NCBI GenBank assembly: GCA_027728805.1
Contig: JAQBTN010000003.1
Span: 2,107 to 66,106, forward strand
Length of the DNA: 64,000 nt
Reading direction: 5' to 3'
DNA from: Actinomycetota bacterium
Lineage (GTDB): Bacteria > Actinomycetota > Actinomycetes > Mycobacteriales > Mycobacteriaceae
Shown here: positions 1 to 19,712 of the stretch, one piece after another
Numbering within the stretch: position 1 is the stretch's first letter
Layout of the letters: each line of letters begins with the position of its first letter
Program-made: the position numbers and the translations under genes
The notes under the pieces: model-generated
The model's input: the letters and a program-made list of their open reading frames with translations, nothing else
Database searches by the model: none
What the model was told of the DNA's origin: nothing

Positions 1-100
1 CTTCGACGACGACGGCGTCCACCCCGCGTGCGGCGATCACCGTGCCGAGCAGCCGGCGGGCCGCCGTCACCGGATCGACGGCCAGGCACTCCGAGTTCAC
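1..100 (-). CDS. mpg: DNA-3-methyladenine glycosylase (Mpg/AAG family), 5' part only, runs off the window
   Basis: Manual translation from GTG at 100: VNSECLAVDPVTAARRLLGTVIAARGVDAVVVE, resembling the N-terminus of mycobacterial Mpg (Rv1688-like); synteny fits. Confidence 0.75.
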   Translation of the reverse strand, partial: MNSECLAVDPVTAARRLLGTVIAARGVDAVVVE

Positions 101-114
101 GCGCAGGGGTACAC

Positions 115-318
115 CTATTCGGTGCCGGAAAGCGCCATCAACCGGTCGTGTTCTTCGGGCTCGACGTCGACGGCCTCATCGGTCAGCAGCACCGGAATAT
201 CGTCGTCGATGCGGTAGGCCTTGCGCAGCCGGGGGTTGTACAGGACGCCCCCGAGCATCAGTAGCGGTCCCCGATCAGCCGGGCACACCAGGATGTCGAG
301 AAGTTTCGCGTCGAGCAC
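115..318 (-). CDS. Trm112-family small protein (Rv1684-like)
   Basis: LLDILVCPADRGPL...YRIDDDIPVLL family signature. Confidence 0.9.
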   Translation of the reverse strand: MLDAKLLDILVCPADRGPLLMLGGVLYNPRLRKAYRIDDDIPVLLTDEAVDVEPEEHDRLMALSGTE

Positions 319-323
319 GGCGG

Positions 324-896
324 CTACGGAGTTGCCGGTGCCGGTGCCGGTGCCGGTGCGGCCGGCGCACCGGGATTGCTGTCACCGGGCATCTGGCCGG
401 CACCCATGACGGCGCTGTTGGCGCCCTGCTGGGACTGCGCCTGCTGCAGTACCTGGGTTTGAGCCCGGATCTTCTGCTGGTAGGCGATGGTGTTCTTGAG
501 AGCCGAGATCAGCGGGCCCTGGTTGGGCCGGTATTTCATCGCCGTGGAGATCTCTTCGAGATACGGCTTGGACGGCTTGAAGCCCATCGCGCGAAGTTTC
601 AGCGACATCCTGAGCAGGTTCGACAACTGACCGCCACCGGCCCCGACCGCGTACTCCTCAGCGAGTTGGTCGAGGACATCGCCACCCGTTGCGGCGGTCG
701 CCGTCGCGGTGGCGCTCGCACCTCCTGCTGCGGCACCGCCTTCGAGGGCGACGGTGGGCTTGGGGACCGGAGTGGGAACCAGGGAGGGATCCGCCACGGC
801 GACGCCGGACACACCGACGCCGAGGCCGACAGTGAGCACGAGACCGGCTATGCAGTGGGCCGCCCCGCGGCGCAATCCGCCGAGTTTCCCCGCCAT
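324..896 (-). CDS. Secreted/membrane-anchored hypothetical protein, 190 aa, with Ala/Pro-rich linkers
   Basis: GGAGG RBS before ATG at 896; hydrophobic N-terminal segment ending VAVA-D; C-terminal PAPAPA tail. Confidence 0.7.
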   Translation of the reverse strand: MAGKLGGLRRGAAHCIAGLVLTVGLGVGVSGVAVADPSLVPTPVPKPTVALEGGAAAGGASATATATAATGGDVLDQLAEEYAVGAGGGQLSNLLRMSLKLRAMGFKPSKPYLEEISTAMKYRPNQGPLISALKNTIAYQQKIRAQTQVLQQAQSQQGANSAVMGAGQMPGDSNPGAPAAPAPAPAPATP

Positions 897-943
897 GGCA
901 TTCCTCCAGACCTGCGTCAGACTCTCCGAGCCTACCGCGCCGA

Positions 944-3922
944 TCAGCCGACACCCTTGGTGAACGCCGACCGGGCCGCAGCCGAGAGCCTCCTGTACTT
1001 GCCCGTATCGGCATCCAGGTACCAACTGTTACGTCCGGCCTTGGGCACCCCGGCCGCGCGCAGTGCCGAGACCACCGGGCGGTAGGACGCGCTGACCGCG
1101 AGGTCCGCCACCACGTGCACGACGTCCGGCGGCAGCCCGACGGGCATGTTCGCCACCGCCTCGCCGATGTCGGCGGGGGTGACGCTCATCCCCGGCCGCA
1201 CCGTGAGCGCGGTGACGGCCAGGGTCCCGCCCGGCGTCTCCACCCCGTACGTCACCGCCAGGTCGACCGCTCCGATCCTGCCGACCGCATCGGTGATCGG
1301 CGCCGGGAACACCACGCCGCGTGCGGTGCGCAGCAGGCCCGAGCGGTTGCCCAGCAGCCAGTAGTCACCGTCGGCGTCGCGCCAGAACACATACTCGGTG
1401 GAGATCCAGATGTCGCCGGCGGCGAACACCCCGCGCTTCACCGAGGCGGTCGGGTCGATCGGCCCCCACGGTTTGGCCAGCAGGATGCCGGTTTCCTCGC
1501 GACCCGCGAGCCTGACGAACCCGCGATTGTCCTCCAGGATCAGGTCTTCCTCCGGGTCATAGGCGCCCAGTTCGACCTCGCCGCCGCCGGGCAGCGGCCG
1601 GCCCTCGCTGCCCACCTTGAGCCCGGCGACGTTGGCCAGCACCGCCTGACCGTCGGAGGTGGCGAAGAACTCCACGATCTTGGCCGGCGCGAACACCTTG
1701 AGGATTCGCTCCCATAGTCCGGTCGGCATGCCCGAACCCATGAACAACCGGATCGGATTGTTGCCCGACAGGGTGAAATTGGGGTCGTCGATGACCTCCC
1801 GCAGCATCGACCAGGTGTAGGTGACCACCGAGACGCCGTACTGGCGAACCTCGTCGAGGAAGCGCTCCGGGCACAGTCCCCGGGACAACGCGATCCGCGA
1901 ACCGGCCACCACCGAGCCACCGAGGCTGACCAGCAGGCCGGACTGGTGGTGAAGGGGCGTCAGGCAGTAGACGGTGTCGTTGCGGCTCAGCGCGGCCGCG
2001 GATGCGGTGCCGAAGGCCGACAACGCCCAGCGGTAGTTGGTGATCTGCTTGGGCACCAGTTCCCCGCCGCCCACGGCGTTGAACACCACGAACGCCACGT
2101 CGCGGGCGTAGGCCGGGTTGGGGCGGTACCACCCCGGCAACTCGACGGCGTCGGGGTCGATCTGTTCCATATCGATGACGGCGCTGCCCGGCGGAACGTC
2201 GAGATGCCGATTCTCGCCGCCGCCCAGTACCAGCGTCTGGACCGGCAGTCTGCCGGCCGCCGGGAGATTGGCCGGGTCGGTGATGATCTCGGTGACCCCG
2301 CTGAGCCGGGTCGCCTGCTCGAGGTCGGCGTCCGGCGGCATCAGGACCGCGACCGCACCCAGTCGGGACAGCGCCGCGATGGCGACCAGGGCACTCGGGC
2401 GGGTGTCCATCAGCACCCCCACCCGGCTGCCCTGGCGAACCCCGACCTCGATCAGTCCTCGCACCACGTTGTCGATGCGCCGGTCGACCGCCCGATAGGT
2501 GTGCACCCGCCCGTCGAACAACAGGAACTCACCGTCGGGCGCCGCTTCGGCCTGCTCGGAGATGATCCGGCCCAGCGAGATTCGGGTGTGGTCGTTGATC
2601 TGGCCGAGGCGCACCAGACGGGGCAGCGTGCGCGCTGTTTCGATCGCCAGTGTCCGCACCGAGAGGTTAGCCGCGACAACGGCGTCCGCCGCGCCCCTGG
2701 CCAGCGAGGTCGCCAACTCCGCGGCGTCGGCGACGCCGAGCATCAGCCGGGTGTTCAGCGGTACGCCGCCCGATTCGGCGTCATCGGGTGCCATCTCCTT
2801 CATCAGCGCGATATTCGCCGGGCGAGGCTCCCGGCCGGCCACCCACAGCACCCAGTCGGCCACCGTGGGCCAGGTATTGGTGGCGGCTTTCGATCCCACG
2901 ACCAGGCCGAAGTGGCCCGCCCTGATCATCACCTCGTAGACATCCGCGTTGGGCGCGGCCCGTTTGATGCCGCGCACCGCAGGCGGCTGCCCGATATCGT
3001 CGACCTCGCCGACGAAGGCCAGCACCGGGCAGGTGATATCGGTCAACGTCACCAGCTGTCCCTGGACGGCGAAGCCGCCGGTCATCATCCGGTTGTGGGT
3101 GACGAACTGCTTGAGCAGTTCGGCGACCGCCGGGCCGGACCAGGCGATCCAACCTTCTCGGTCGAGAAAGCGCCGCTGCTGCTCCCGCGGCAACAGCGCC
3201 TCACGGTCATGAAGTTGGAACAGGAACTCAACGCGAGACTTCGCGGTCTTGAGCGGGTCCAGCATCTGGAAGCCGGCGCGGGCCAGCCAACCCGGGATGT
3301 CGATGTGGTTGAAGACGTGATCGGCCAGGAAATCGGCCAGTCCCACAGCCATGTTGGTGGGCAGGCCACCGGGCAGACCGGCCAGGGTGTCGACCGGCGA
3401 GCCGAATGTCACGATGCTGGCGACGTCCTTGGAACGGCGGTAGGCCACGGTCTGGTAGCAGAACATCCCGCCCTGGGAGTAGCCGGCGACGTGAACGCTC
3501 TGCCCGGTGAGGTCCTTGATGGTGTCGATGGCCTGGCTCAGGGCGACAATATGGTCGGTCAGGGTGCGCTCCATGCCGCCCTCGACCTCATCGGGCGAGC
3601 CGTAGTCGATCACCCAGGTGTCCAGGCCGGCGGCATGCAGGATGCCGACGGCACCGTCTTCCCTGGTGACATCCCACATGTTGGCCGACATCATCATCGG
3701 GTGCACCATCAGGACCGGCGGGCCGGCTTTGGCCTTGCCGGGCCGGTTGTCCGGCGGGAAGTACCGCCGGAGTTTGTACATCGGGGTGCTCTCGACGATC
3801 TGGAACGGCGAGGGCACCGCACCGGTGTCCAGTCCGCCGAAACGCGCGACCTCGTACCCGTTCTGGGCGGTCGCCACAAGGCGCTCCAGCGGTTTGGTGA
3901 GTGCCGAAAAACCTAGATCCAC
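944..3922 (-). CDS. Bifunctional alpha/beta-hydrolase + long-chain acyl-CoA synthetase (Rv1683-like)
   Basis: GYSQGG nucleophile elbow, GHFG His motif, C-terminal AMP-binding-like region; start set to GTG 3922 (VDLGFS) after GGAG. Confidence 0.9.
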   Translation of the reverse strand: MDLGFSALTKPLERLVATAQNGYEVARFGGLDTGAVPSPFQIVESTPMYKLRRYFPPDNRPGKAKAGPPVLMVHPMMMSANMWDVTREDGAVGILHAAGLDTWVIDYGSPDEVEGGMERTLTDHIVALSQAIDTIKDLTGQSVHVAGYSQGGMFCYQTVAYRRSKDVASIVTFGSPVDTLAGLPGGLPTNMAVGLADFLADHVFNHIDIPGWLARAGFQMLDPLKTAKSRVEFLFQLHDREALLPREQQRRFLDREGWIAWSGPAVAELLKQFVTHNRMMTGGFAVQGQLVTLTDITCPVLAFVGEVDDIGQPPAVRGIKRAAPNADVYEVMIRAGHFGLVVGSKAATNTWPTVADWVLWVAGREPRPANIALMKEMAPDDAESGGVPLNTRLMLGVADAAELATSLARGAADAVVAANLSVRTLAIETARTLPRLVRLGQINDHTRISLGRIISEQAEAAPDGEFLLFDGRVHTYRAVDRRIDNVVRGLIEVGVRQGSRVGVLMDTRPSALVAIAALSRLGAVAVLMPPDADLEQATRLSGVTEIITDPANLPAAGRLPVQTLVLGGGENRHLDVPPGSAVIDMEQIDPDAVELPGWYRPNPAYARDVAFVVFNAVGGGELVPKQITNYRWALSAFGTASAAALSRNDTVYCLTPLHHQSGLLVSLGGSVVAGSRIALSRGLCPERFLDEVRQYGVSVVTYTWSMLREVIDDPNFTLSGNNPIRLFMGSGMPTGLWERILKVFAPAKIVEFFATSDGQAVLANVAGLKVGSEGRPLPGGGEVELGAYDPEEDLILEDNRGFVRLAGREETGILLAKPWGPIDPTASVKRGVFAAGDIWISTEYVFWRDADGDYWLLGNRSGLLRTARGVVFPAPITDAVGRIGAVDLAVTYGVETPGGTLAVTALTVRPGMSVTPADIGEAVANMPVGLPPDVVHVVADLAVSASYRPVVSALRAAGVPKAGRNSWYLDADTGKYRRLSAAARSAFTKGVG

Positions 3923-4067
3923 CGTTGCTCCCTGCCGATATCTGCGCTGCTGAAACCTCCAGGACCAGCCTCCCTGCGGCCCGCCCATCATGGCATACCG
4001 CTGAGTTGCCACCGAAAGCTCCGATGCCCGCAGCCAGGCGCTTTGACCGCTCAGTAAGGTCGGCGCA

Positions 4068-5888
4068 GTGGCACACCTGCTGGGCGCCGAGGCGCTGCAC
4101 CTCCAGTATCCGACGCAGGTTGTCTTCGATTGCGTCACCGTCGGTGTCAACGACGGCGACCGAATCGGCATCGTCGGCCGCAACGGCGACGGGAAGTCCA
4201 GCCTGATGGGGATGCTCACCGGCCGGATCCGGCCCGATTCCGGCCGGGTCACCCGCCGCGGCGGCCTGCGGGTCGTCGCCCTGGAGCAGGCCGACACGCT
4301 CGATTCCTCCGTCACCGTCGGCACCGCACTGGTCGGTGACCGGCCCGAGCACGAATGGGCCGGCGATCCCCGGGTTCGCGACGTGGTCGCCGGCCTGGTC
4401 GCCGACCTCGACTGGAACGCGCCGGCCGGCACCCTGTCCGGTGGCCAGCGGCGCCGGGTGCAGTTGGCCGCACTGCTGATCGACGAATGGGACGTGATCG
4501 CCCTCGACGAGCCCACCAACCACCTCGACATCGAGGGCATCACCTGGCTGGCCGGCCATCTGCGCCAGCGCTGGTCGCGCAACTCCGGCGGGCTGCTCCT
4601 GGTGACCCACGACCGTTGGTTCCTCGACGAGGTCGCGACCACGACCTGGGAGGTGCACGAGGGTCCCGACGGCGGCGTCGTCGAGCCGTTCGACGGCGGC
4701 TACGCGGCCTATGTGCTGCAGCGGGTCGAGCGCGACCGGATCGCGGCGGCCACCGAGGCGAAACGGCAGAACCTGATGCGCAAGGAACTGGCCTGGCTGC
4801 GTCGTGGCGCCCCGGCCCGCACATCCAAACCCAAGTTCCGCATCGACGCGGCCAACCAGTTGATCGCCGACGTGCCGCCGATACGCAATACCGTCGAACT
4901 GGCGAAAGTGGCGACGACCCGACTGGGCAAGGACGTCATCGATCTGCTGGATGTCTCGGTGTCCTTCGGCGGCAAAACGGTGCTGCGCGATGTCCAGTGG
5001 CAGATCGCCCCGGGCGAGCGGACCGGGATCGTGGGCGCCAACGGTGCGGGAAAGTCCACCCTGCTGGGCCTGATCGCGGGCACGGTCACCCCTGACAGCG
5101 GCCGGGTCAAGCGCGGTAAGACGGTGCGACTGGCGATGCTCGACCAACAGTCCGGCCGATTGACGGAACTCGCCGAGGATCTGGTGCGCGATGTGGTGGG
5201 CCGGCTGCAGGCCAGCTATGTGGTTGACGGGAAGGAGCTCACCCCGACGCAGTTGTTGGAGCGCTTGGGATTTCGTCGCGAGCAATTGTCGGCGCGGGTC
5301 GGCGAGCTCTCCGGCGGCCAACGCCGGCGGCTGCAGTTGATGCTGACCCTGCTCGACGAGCCGAACGTGCTCGTGCTCGACGAGCCCACCAATGACGTGG
5401 ATATCGACATGCTTTCGGCCACCGAGGATCTGCTGGATTCCTGGCCGGGCACTCTGATCGTCGTCTCCCACGACCGCTACCTGTTGGAGCGGGTCACTGA
5501 TCAGCAATACGCGATTCTCAATGGTCATCTGCGCCACCTCCCCGGCGGCATCGACGAGTACCTGCGAATCGCCGCGCACCGGGAGGCCGGCCCGGTCGGC
5601 GCACCACGACGGTCCACCGACCCGGTCAAATCCGGGGTACCGGCCGCGTCCAGCCTCTCCGGGGCGGAATTGCGCACCGTTCACAAGGAGATCTCCGCGC
5701 TGGAACGCGCGCTGTCCAAGATCTCCGATCGGATCAACGCCAAACACGTCGAACTTGCCGAACACGACCAGTCCGACCACGTCGGCATCACCCAGCTCAG
5801 CGGCGAGCTACGGGAACTGGAGGCTGAACTGGCCGGCACCGAAACCAGGTGGCTGGAACTGTCCGAGCTGGTCGAGTCAGACGGCTGA
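4068..5888 (+). CDS. ABC-F family ATP-binding protein (Uup-like; Rv1667c/1668c-like)
   Basis: Two Walker A motifs (GRNGDGKS, GANGAGKS), two LSGGQ signatures, two DEPTN motifs, no TM segments, C-terminal coiled coil. Confidence 0.93.
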   Translation: MAHLLGAEALHLQYPTQVVFDCVTVGVNDGDRIGIVGRNGDGKSSLMGMLTGRIRPDSGRVTRRGGLRVVALEQADTLDSSVTVGTALVGDRPEHEWAGDPRVRDVVAGLVADLDWNAPAGTLSGGQRRRVQLAALLIDEWDVIALDEPTNHLDIEGITWLAGHLRQRWSRNSGGLLLVTHDRWFLDEVATTTWEVHEGPDGGVVEPFDGGYAAYVLQRVERDRIAAATEAKRQNLMRKELAWLRRGAPARTSKPKFRIDAANQLIADVPPIRNTVELAKVATTRLGKDVIDLLDVSVSFGGKTVLRDVQWQIAPGERTGIVGANGAGKSTLLGLIAGTVTPDSGRVKRGKTVRLAMLDQQSGRLTELAEDLVRDVVGRLQASYVVDGKELTPTQLLERLGFRREQLSARVGELSGGQRRRLQLMLTLLDEPNVLVLDEPTNDVDIDMLSATEDLLDSWPGTLIVVSHDRYLLERVTDQQYAILNGHLRHLPGGIDEYLRIAAHREAGPVGAPRRSTDPVKSGVPAASSLSGAELRTVHKEISALERALSKISDRINAKHVELAEHDQSDHVGITQLSGELRELEAELAGTETRWLELSELVESDG

Positions 5889-5896
5889 GACACGCA

Positions 5897-8514
<2,618 letters not shown>

Positions 8515-8585
8515 GAATGTCTCCTTATTGACGGGGTGCGACTTGGGGGTGATCGGCGTGCTGACGGGCAGGGTGTGCTGACAGG

Positions 8586-11186
<2,601 letters not shown>

Positions 11187-11190
<4 letters not shown>

Positions 11191-12019
11191 GCGCCGACCA
11201 CCTTCGTCCCGGCACCTTCGTCGGTGAGGAGTTCTGCAAGCACGCAGTGCTCGACCCGGCCGTCGATGACATGGGCGCTGGGCACGCCGGAGGTGACCGC
11301 GCGCAGGCACGCCTCGATCTTGGGCACCATGCCCTCCTGGAGGGTCGGCAGCAACTGCGCAAGCGTGGAGGTGTCGATTTCACTGACCAGGGAACTACGG
11401 TCCGGCCATCGGGTGTAGAGACCCTCGACGTCGGTGAGCATGAGCAACGCCTCGGCCCCGACCGCTTCGGCGACTGCGGCCGCAGCGGTGTCGGCGTTGA
11501 TGTTATGCACCACGCCATCGGCGTCCGGGGCGATGGTCGAGATCACCGGAATCCGGCCGGCGGCGACGAGGTCATGGACGATATCGGCGTTGACGCTGTC
11601 GACGTCGCCGACAAGTCCGATGTCGGTGTCGACACCGTCGACGACCACCTTGCGCCGCACCGCGGTCAACAGCCGGGCGTCCTCGCCGGTGAGGCCCATC
11701 GCGAACGGCCCGTGGACGTTGATCAGGTTCACCAGGTCGCGGCCGACGGAGCCGAACAGCACCATCCGCGCGACCTCGAGAACATCCGGGGTTGTGACCC
11801 GGAAGCCGCCCTTGAATTCGCCCGGAATTCCCAACCTCTTGAGCATGGCACTGATCTGCGGACCACCGCCGTGCACTACTACGGGGTGGATGCCGGCGGT
11901 GAGCAGCGACACCATGTCCTCGGCGAAGGCGGTCTTGAGCCGGTCGTCGGTCATCGCGTTCCCGCCGTACTTCACCACGACGATCTTGCCGCGCAGTGCC
12001 TCGGCCCTCTCGATGGCTG

Positions 12020-12023
<4 letters not shown>
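11187..12023 (-). CDS. argB: Acetylglutamate kinase with shortened N-terminus
   Basis: [26 protein letters not shown]; ATG overlaps argJ stop. Confidence 0.95.
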
Positions 12024-14314
<2,291 letters not shown>

Positions 14315-14415
14315 ACTTCATTCCCGCATCTATCTGCCGAGCAGACACAAAATCGCACTGAAACGGCCCGTTTCATGCGAGTTTGCGTCTGCTCGCGGAG
14401 GGGACGGGGGCGGGG

Positions 14416-16919
14416 TCAGCCGCGCAGAACCGCGCCGAGGCGTTCGCCGGCGGCCGCCAGTGCGGCGTCGCGTGCCGCGCTAGCCTCGTCCTCGGTGAGG
14501 GTGCGGTCGGCGGCACGGAACCGCAGCGCCAGGGTCAGCGACTTGCGGCCCTCCCCGATCTGCGGCCCGGTGTAGACGTCGAACAACGCGACGTCCTCCA
14601 GCAGGTCACCGGCCCCGGTTCGGACTGCGTCAATGACGTCCTGGGCCGCCACGCCGGCCTCGACCACCAGGCTGAGGTCCTGGAACACCGCCGGGAACGG
14701 TGAGATCCGCGGGGCGGGCAGGTTCTCGACGATGGGTATCGAGTCGAGGGTCATTTCAATCGCACAGCTGCCCTTGGGAAGTCCGGACCGCTCGACGGCG
14801 CTCGGGTGCAGTTGGCCGGCGTGCCCGACGACCCGGCCCTCGACCACGATCTCGGCGCACCGGCCGGGATGCCAGGGCAGATGCTGGGCCGGACGCAGTT
14901 CGACCTGCACCCCGCAGGCCCGGGCGATCACCCGCGCGGCCTCGAAGGCGTCGGGCGCCTGCACCGGTCGCCCCGGCCCCCACGGGCCGCGCGGTTCGCG
15001 TAGTCCGGCCAGCACTGCCCCGACATGGACCGGCTGGTGCGGCAAGGATGCGTCGAGCAGCGCGATCTCCTCGTCGGTCGGCCGCCGGTGGGTGGGGATC
15101 AGATCGACGGCGCGGGTGTTCTCGGTCGGACGCACCACCTGAGCGATGGAGAACAGCGCGACATCCCCGAACCCGCGGGAGACGTTGCGGGACAACGCCT
15201 CAAGCAGTGCGGGCAGAAGGGTGGTGGCGAGTTCGGGCCGGTCGGCCTCCAGCGGATTGAGCACCGCGGTCGTGCGGCGACGAGAGTCGTCAGCGGGGAG
15301 ACCCCACTGGTCGAAAACTCCGGCCGGCAGGAACGGGGTGGGCAGTACCTCCACGAACCCGGACAGGGCCAGTGCCTTGCCGATGGCGCGGCGGCGCTTC
15401 TGGCCGGACGTGAGGCCGCGGCCGGCTGGGGCCGCAGGCAGCACCGACGGGATGGCATCGAGACCCTCGAGTCGAAGCACCTCCTCGACCAGATCCGCGG
15501 GCTGGACCAGATCCGGCCGCCAGCTCGGCGGTGTCACGGTGATAACCGGGCTGTCCGGCTCCATGCGGACCCGGGCACCGATCTGGGTGAGCCGGCGCAC
15601 GGCGGCGCCGGCCGGGTAGGTCACCCCGGCGGTCCGGTCGGGCAGATCGACCGGCATCCGCACCGGCGGGGGCGAGAAATCGTCCCGCGGCGGGTCACCG
15701 CGCCAGTCAGTGAGCCGGGGCTGCACGGTGCCGCCGGCGATCTCGGCCAGCAACGACGAACAGCGATCGACCGCGGCTACCGAGATGCCCGGGTCGACGG
15801 AGCGCTCGTAGCGGCGGCCGGCCTCGCTGACCAGTCGCAGCCGACGGATGGTGCGCGATACCGCGGCGGGGTCCCACACCGCGGCCTCCAGGAGCACGTC
15901 GGCGGTGGTGGCGTCGATCTCGGTGGTTCCGGCGCCCATCACTCCGCCGATGGCGGCGACGGCGACGTCATCGGCGATCAGAACATCGCCGGGGTCGAGG
16001 CGGCGGTCCACCCCGTCGAGCGTGACGACGGTCTCACCCGGACGGGCGAACCGGACCACGAAGTCGCCGCGGATCCGACTGCTGTCGTGGGCGTGCATCG
16101 GGTGGCCGAGCTCGAGCATGACGTAGTTGGTGACGTCGACTGCCGGCGATATCGGCCTGATCCCGGACAGCATCAGCCGGCGGCGCAGCCACCACGGCGA
16201 CTCGGCAGCCGGGTCGATACCGGTGACCGGCCGCAGCGCGAAGCGGCTGACCCCGGTTCCCGGTTCGATACTGACCGCCAGGGCCGGGCCCTCGACGGGC
16301 AGTGCCGGGGCCAGGCCCGGATTGCTGGCGGGGTCGACGAAGTCCAGGTCGTAGGCGCAGGCGATCTCGCGGGCGATACCGCGAACCGACATGCCGTAGC
16401 CCCGGTCGGGTGTGACGGCGAGGTCGAACACCACGTCATCGAGACCGAGAACCGCGATCGCATCGGCACCGGGATCCGCGGTGCCGACAGGGAGCACAAG
16501 AATGCCGGAATGATCTGCCCCCAAACCGAGTTCAGCCGCCGAGCAGATCATCCCGTCGGAGGTACGGCCGTAGGTCTTGCGGGCGGCGATCCGGAAATCA
16601 CCGGGCAGCACCGCTCCCGGCAGTGCGACCACCACCAGATCGCCGATGGAGAAATTCGTTGCCCCGCAGACGATATCGCGGTCGTGGCCCTCCCCCACGT
16701 CGACCGTGCATGCCCGGATCGGCTTCTTGAACTCGGTGAGCTCCTCAATGGAGCTGACGCGCCCGACGGTCAGGGGCCCGCTCACCGATCCGAGCGCGAT
16801 GACATCCTCGACCTCATGGCCGATCCGGATGAGCGCATGTTCGAGATCCTGCGGGTCGACGTCCCATCCGGGTGCGCCGGCCTGCACCATCTCGCGCAAC
16901 CAGCTGTAGGGAAGCCGCA

Positions 16920-16920
<1 letters not shown>
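14416..16920 (-). CDS. pheT: Phenylalanine-tRNA ligase beta subunit
   Basis: [20 protein letters not shown]-terminal FDX-ACB (DLSLVV...FDVYTG). Confidence 0.97.
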
Positions 16921-17981
<1,061 letters not shown>

Positions 17982-18130
17982 TTAGCTGGCCAGGGATTTC
18001 CGGGCGGCACGGGTGTGGCTCAAGTGCCGGTCTGGAGATCATAGGGGATGCCAGAATGACGCCTCGCGGGCAATTCCGTCCGGTGGGCAGCGCCACGCGT
18101 TGCCGTCTCGTCGAGGGCAGAGGGTGGAAG

Positions 18131-19711
18131 ATGCTCAGAGCAGTCATCGTGGCGGCGGTATGGGCCGAGGCGGTCGTTGCGGCCCTGCTGGCGGTACGGC
18201 ACGGCATCTGGTGGCTGCTGCTTGCGGCGGTATTGGCGGGCCTTGCTGCCCTGGGCACCTGGGACCTGATCCAGACCAAGCACTCGATCCTGCGCGCGTA
18301 TCCGATCCTCGGCCACGCGCGTTTCCTCGCCGAATTGATTCGGCCCGAGATCTACCAGTATTTCGTCGAGTCCAACACCGACGGAGCGCCGTTCAACCGC
18401 GAGAGCCGTGACGCGGTGTACCGGAGGGCCAAGGGGATCAAGGGCGACGAACCGTTTGGCACCGAGCACAATCTCAACGCCATCGGCCATGAGTTCCTCC
18501 GGCACTCATTGCGCGCCAGGATTGCTGCCGACGTGGCACCTCGGGTCCGCCTCGGCGGTCCGGACTGCACGCAGCCGTACGACATCGCGCTGCTCAACGT
18601 GTCGGCGATGAGCTTCGGTTCGCTGTCTGGCAACGCGATCGAAGCGCTCAACGGCGGCGCCGCGAAGGGCGGGTTCGCCCATGACACCGGCGAGGGGGCG
18701 ATAAGCCCCTACCACCTCAAGCACGGCGGCGACCTGATCTGGGAGATCGGCTCGGGTTACTTCGGCTGCCGGACCCCCGACGGCCATTTCGATGCCGAGA
18801 AGTTCAGCGCGAAGGCGACATTGCCCTCGGTGAAGGCCATCTCGATCAAACTCTCGCAGGGAGCCAAACCCGGATTGGGCGGCGTGCTGCCCGGTGCCAA
18901 GGTGACCGAGGAGATCGCCGCCACCCGCGGTGTGCCGGTCGGGCAGACCGTCATCTCCCCGCCGGCACACACCGCGTTCGCCACCCCGCTGGAACTGGTC
19001 CATTTCATCGCCACGCTGCGCAGTCTGTCTGGGGGTAAGCCGATCGGTTTCAAGCTCTGCATCGGCGCCCGCACGGAGTTCCTGTCGATTTGCAAGGCGA
19101 TGGCCCAGACCGGTATCACCGCCGACTTCATCATCGTCGACGGATCCGAGGGCGGAACCGGCGCCGCGCCGCAGGAGTTCGAGGATCACATCGGCATGCC
19201 GCTGACCGAGGGCCTGATGCTGGCACACAACTGCCTGGTCGGCACCGGGCTGCGCGAGCACATCAAGATCGGCGCATCAGGCAAGGTCTCCAGTGGCTTC
19301 GATATCGTCAGCCGAATCATCCAGGGTGCGGACTTCACCCTCGCTGCCAGAGCCATGATGTTCGCGGTCGGCTGCATCCAGGCGATGAAGTGCCACACCA
19401 ACAGTTGTCCCACCGGGGTGGCCACCCAGGACCCCGGATTGGCACGGGCGCTGTATGTGCCGGACAAGATCGAGCGGGTGGCGAACTTTCAACGGGCAAC
19501 GGTGGCCAGCGCCGCGCAGATGGTCGCCTCGATGGGGCTGGAAAGCTTCGACGAACTCCAACCGTCGATGCTCAACCGGCGCGTGGACTATGCCCGCACC
19601 CGGACATACGCCGAGATCTACGAGTGGCTCATGCCCGGCGAACTGCTGGAATGCCCGCCGGAGGCTTGGCTCTCGGACTGGATCGAGGCCAGCGCCGAGG
19701 AGTTCGTCTGA
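18131..19711 (+). CDS. FMN-binding glutamate synthase family protein with N-terminal membrane anchor
   Basis: SAMSFGSLS, TGEG, IKLSQGAKPG, DGSEGGTGAAP, GCIQAMKCHTNSCPTGVATQD Cys cluster. Confidence 0.9.
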   Translation: MLRAVIVAAVWAEAVVAALLAVRHGIWWLLLAAVLAGLAALGTWDLIQTKHSILRAYPILGHARFLAELIRPEIYQYFVESNTDGAPFNRESRDAVYRRAKGIKGDEPFGTEHNLNAIGHEFLRHSLRARIAADVAPRVRLGGPDCTQPYDIALLNVSAMSFGSLSGNAIEALNGGAAKGGFAHDTGEGAISPYHLKHGGDLIWEIGSGYFGCRTPDGHFDAEKFSAKATLPSVKAISIKLSQGAKPGLGGVLPGAKVTEEIAATRGVPVGQTVISPPAHTAFATPLELVHFIATLRSLSGGKPIGFKLCIGARTEFLSICKAMAQTGITADFIIVDGSEGGTGAAPQEFEDHIGMPLTEGLMLAHNCLVGTGLREHIKIGASGKVSSGFDIVSRIIQGADFTLAARAMMFAVGCIQAMKCHTNSCPTGVATQDPGLARALYVPDKIERVANFQRATVASAAQMVASMGLESFDELQPSMLNRRVDYARTRTYAEIYEWLMPGELLECPPEAWLSDWIEASAEEFV

Positions 19712-19712
19712 C

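Noticed and set aside
3923-4642. 240-aa N-terminal extension of the Rv1683-like ORF in the ORF track
   Set aside because: It is antisense to the ABC-F gene; an RBS and homology begin at GTG 3922.
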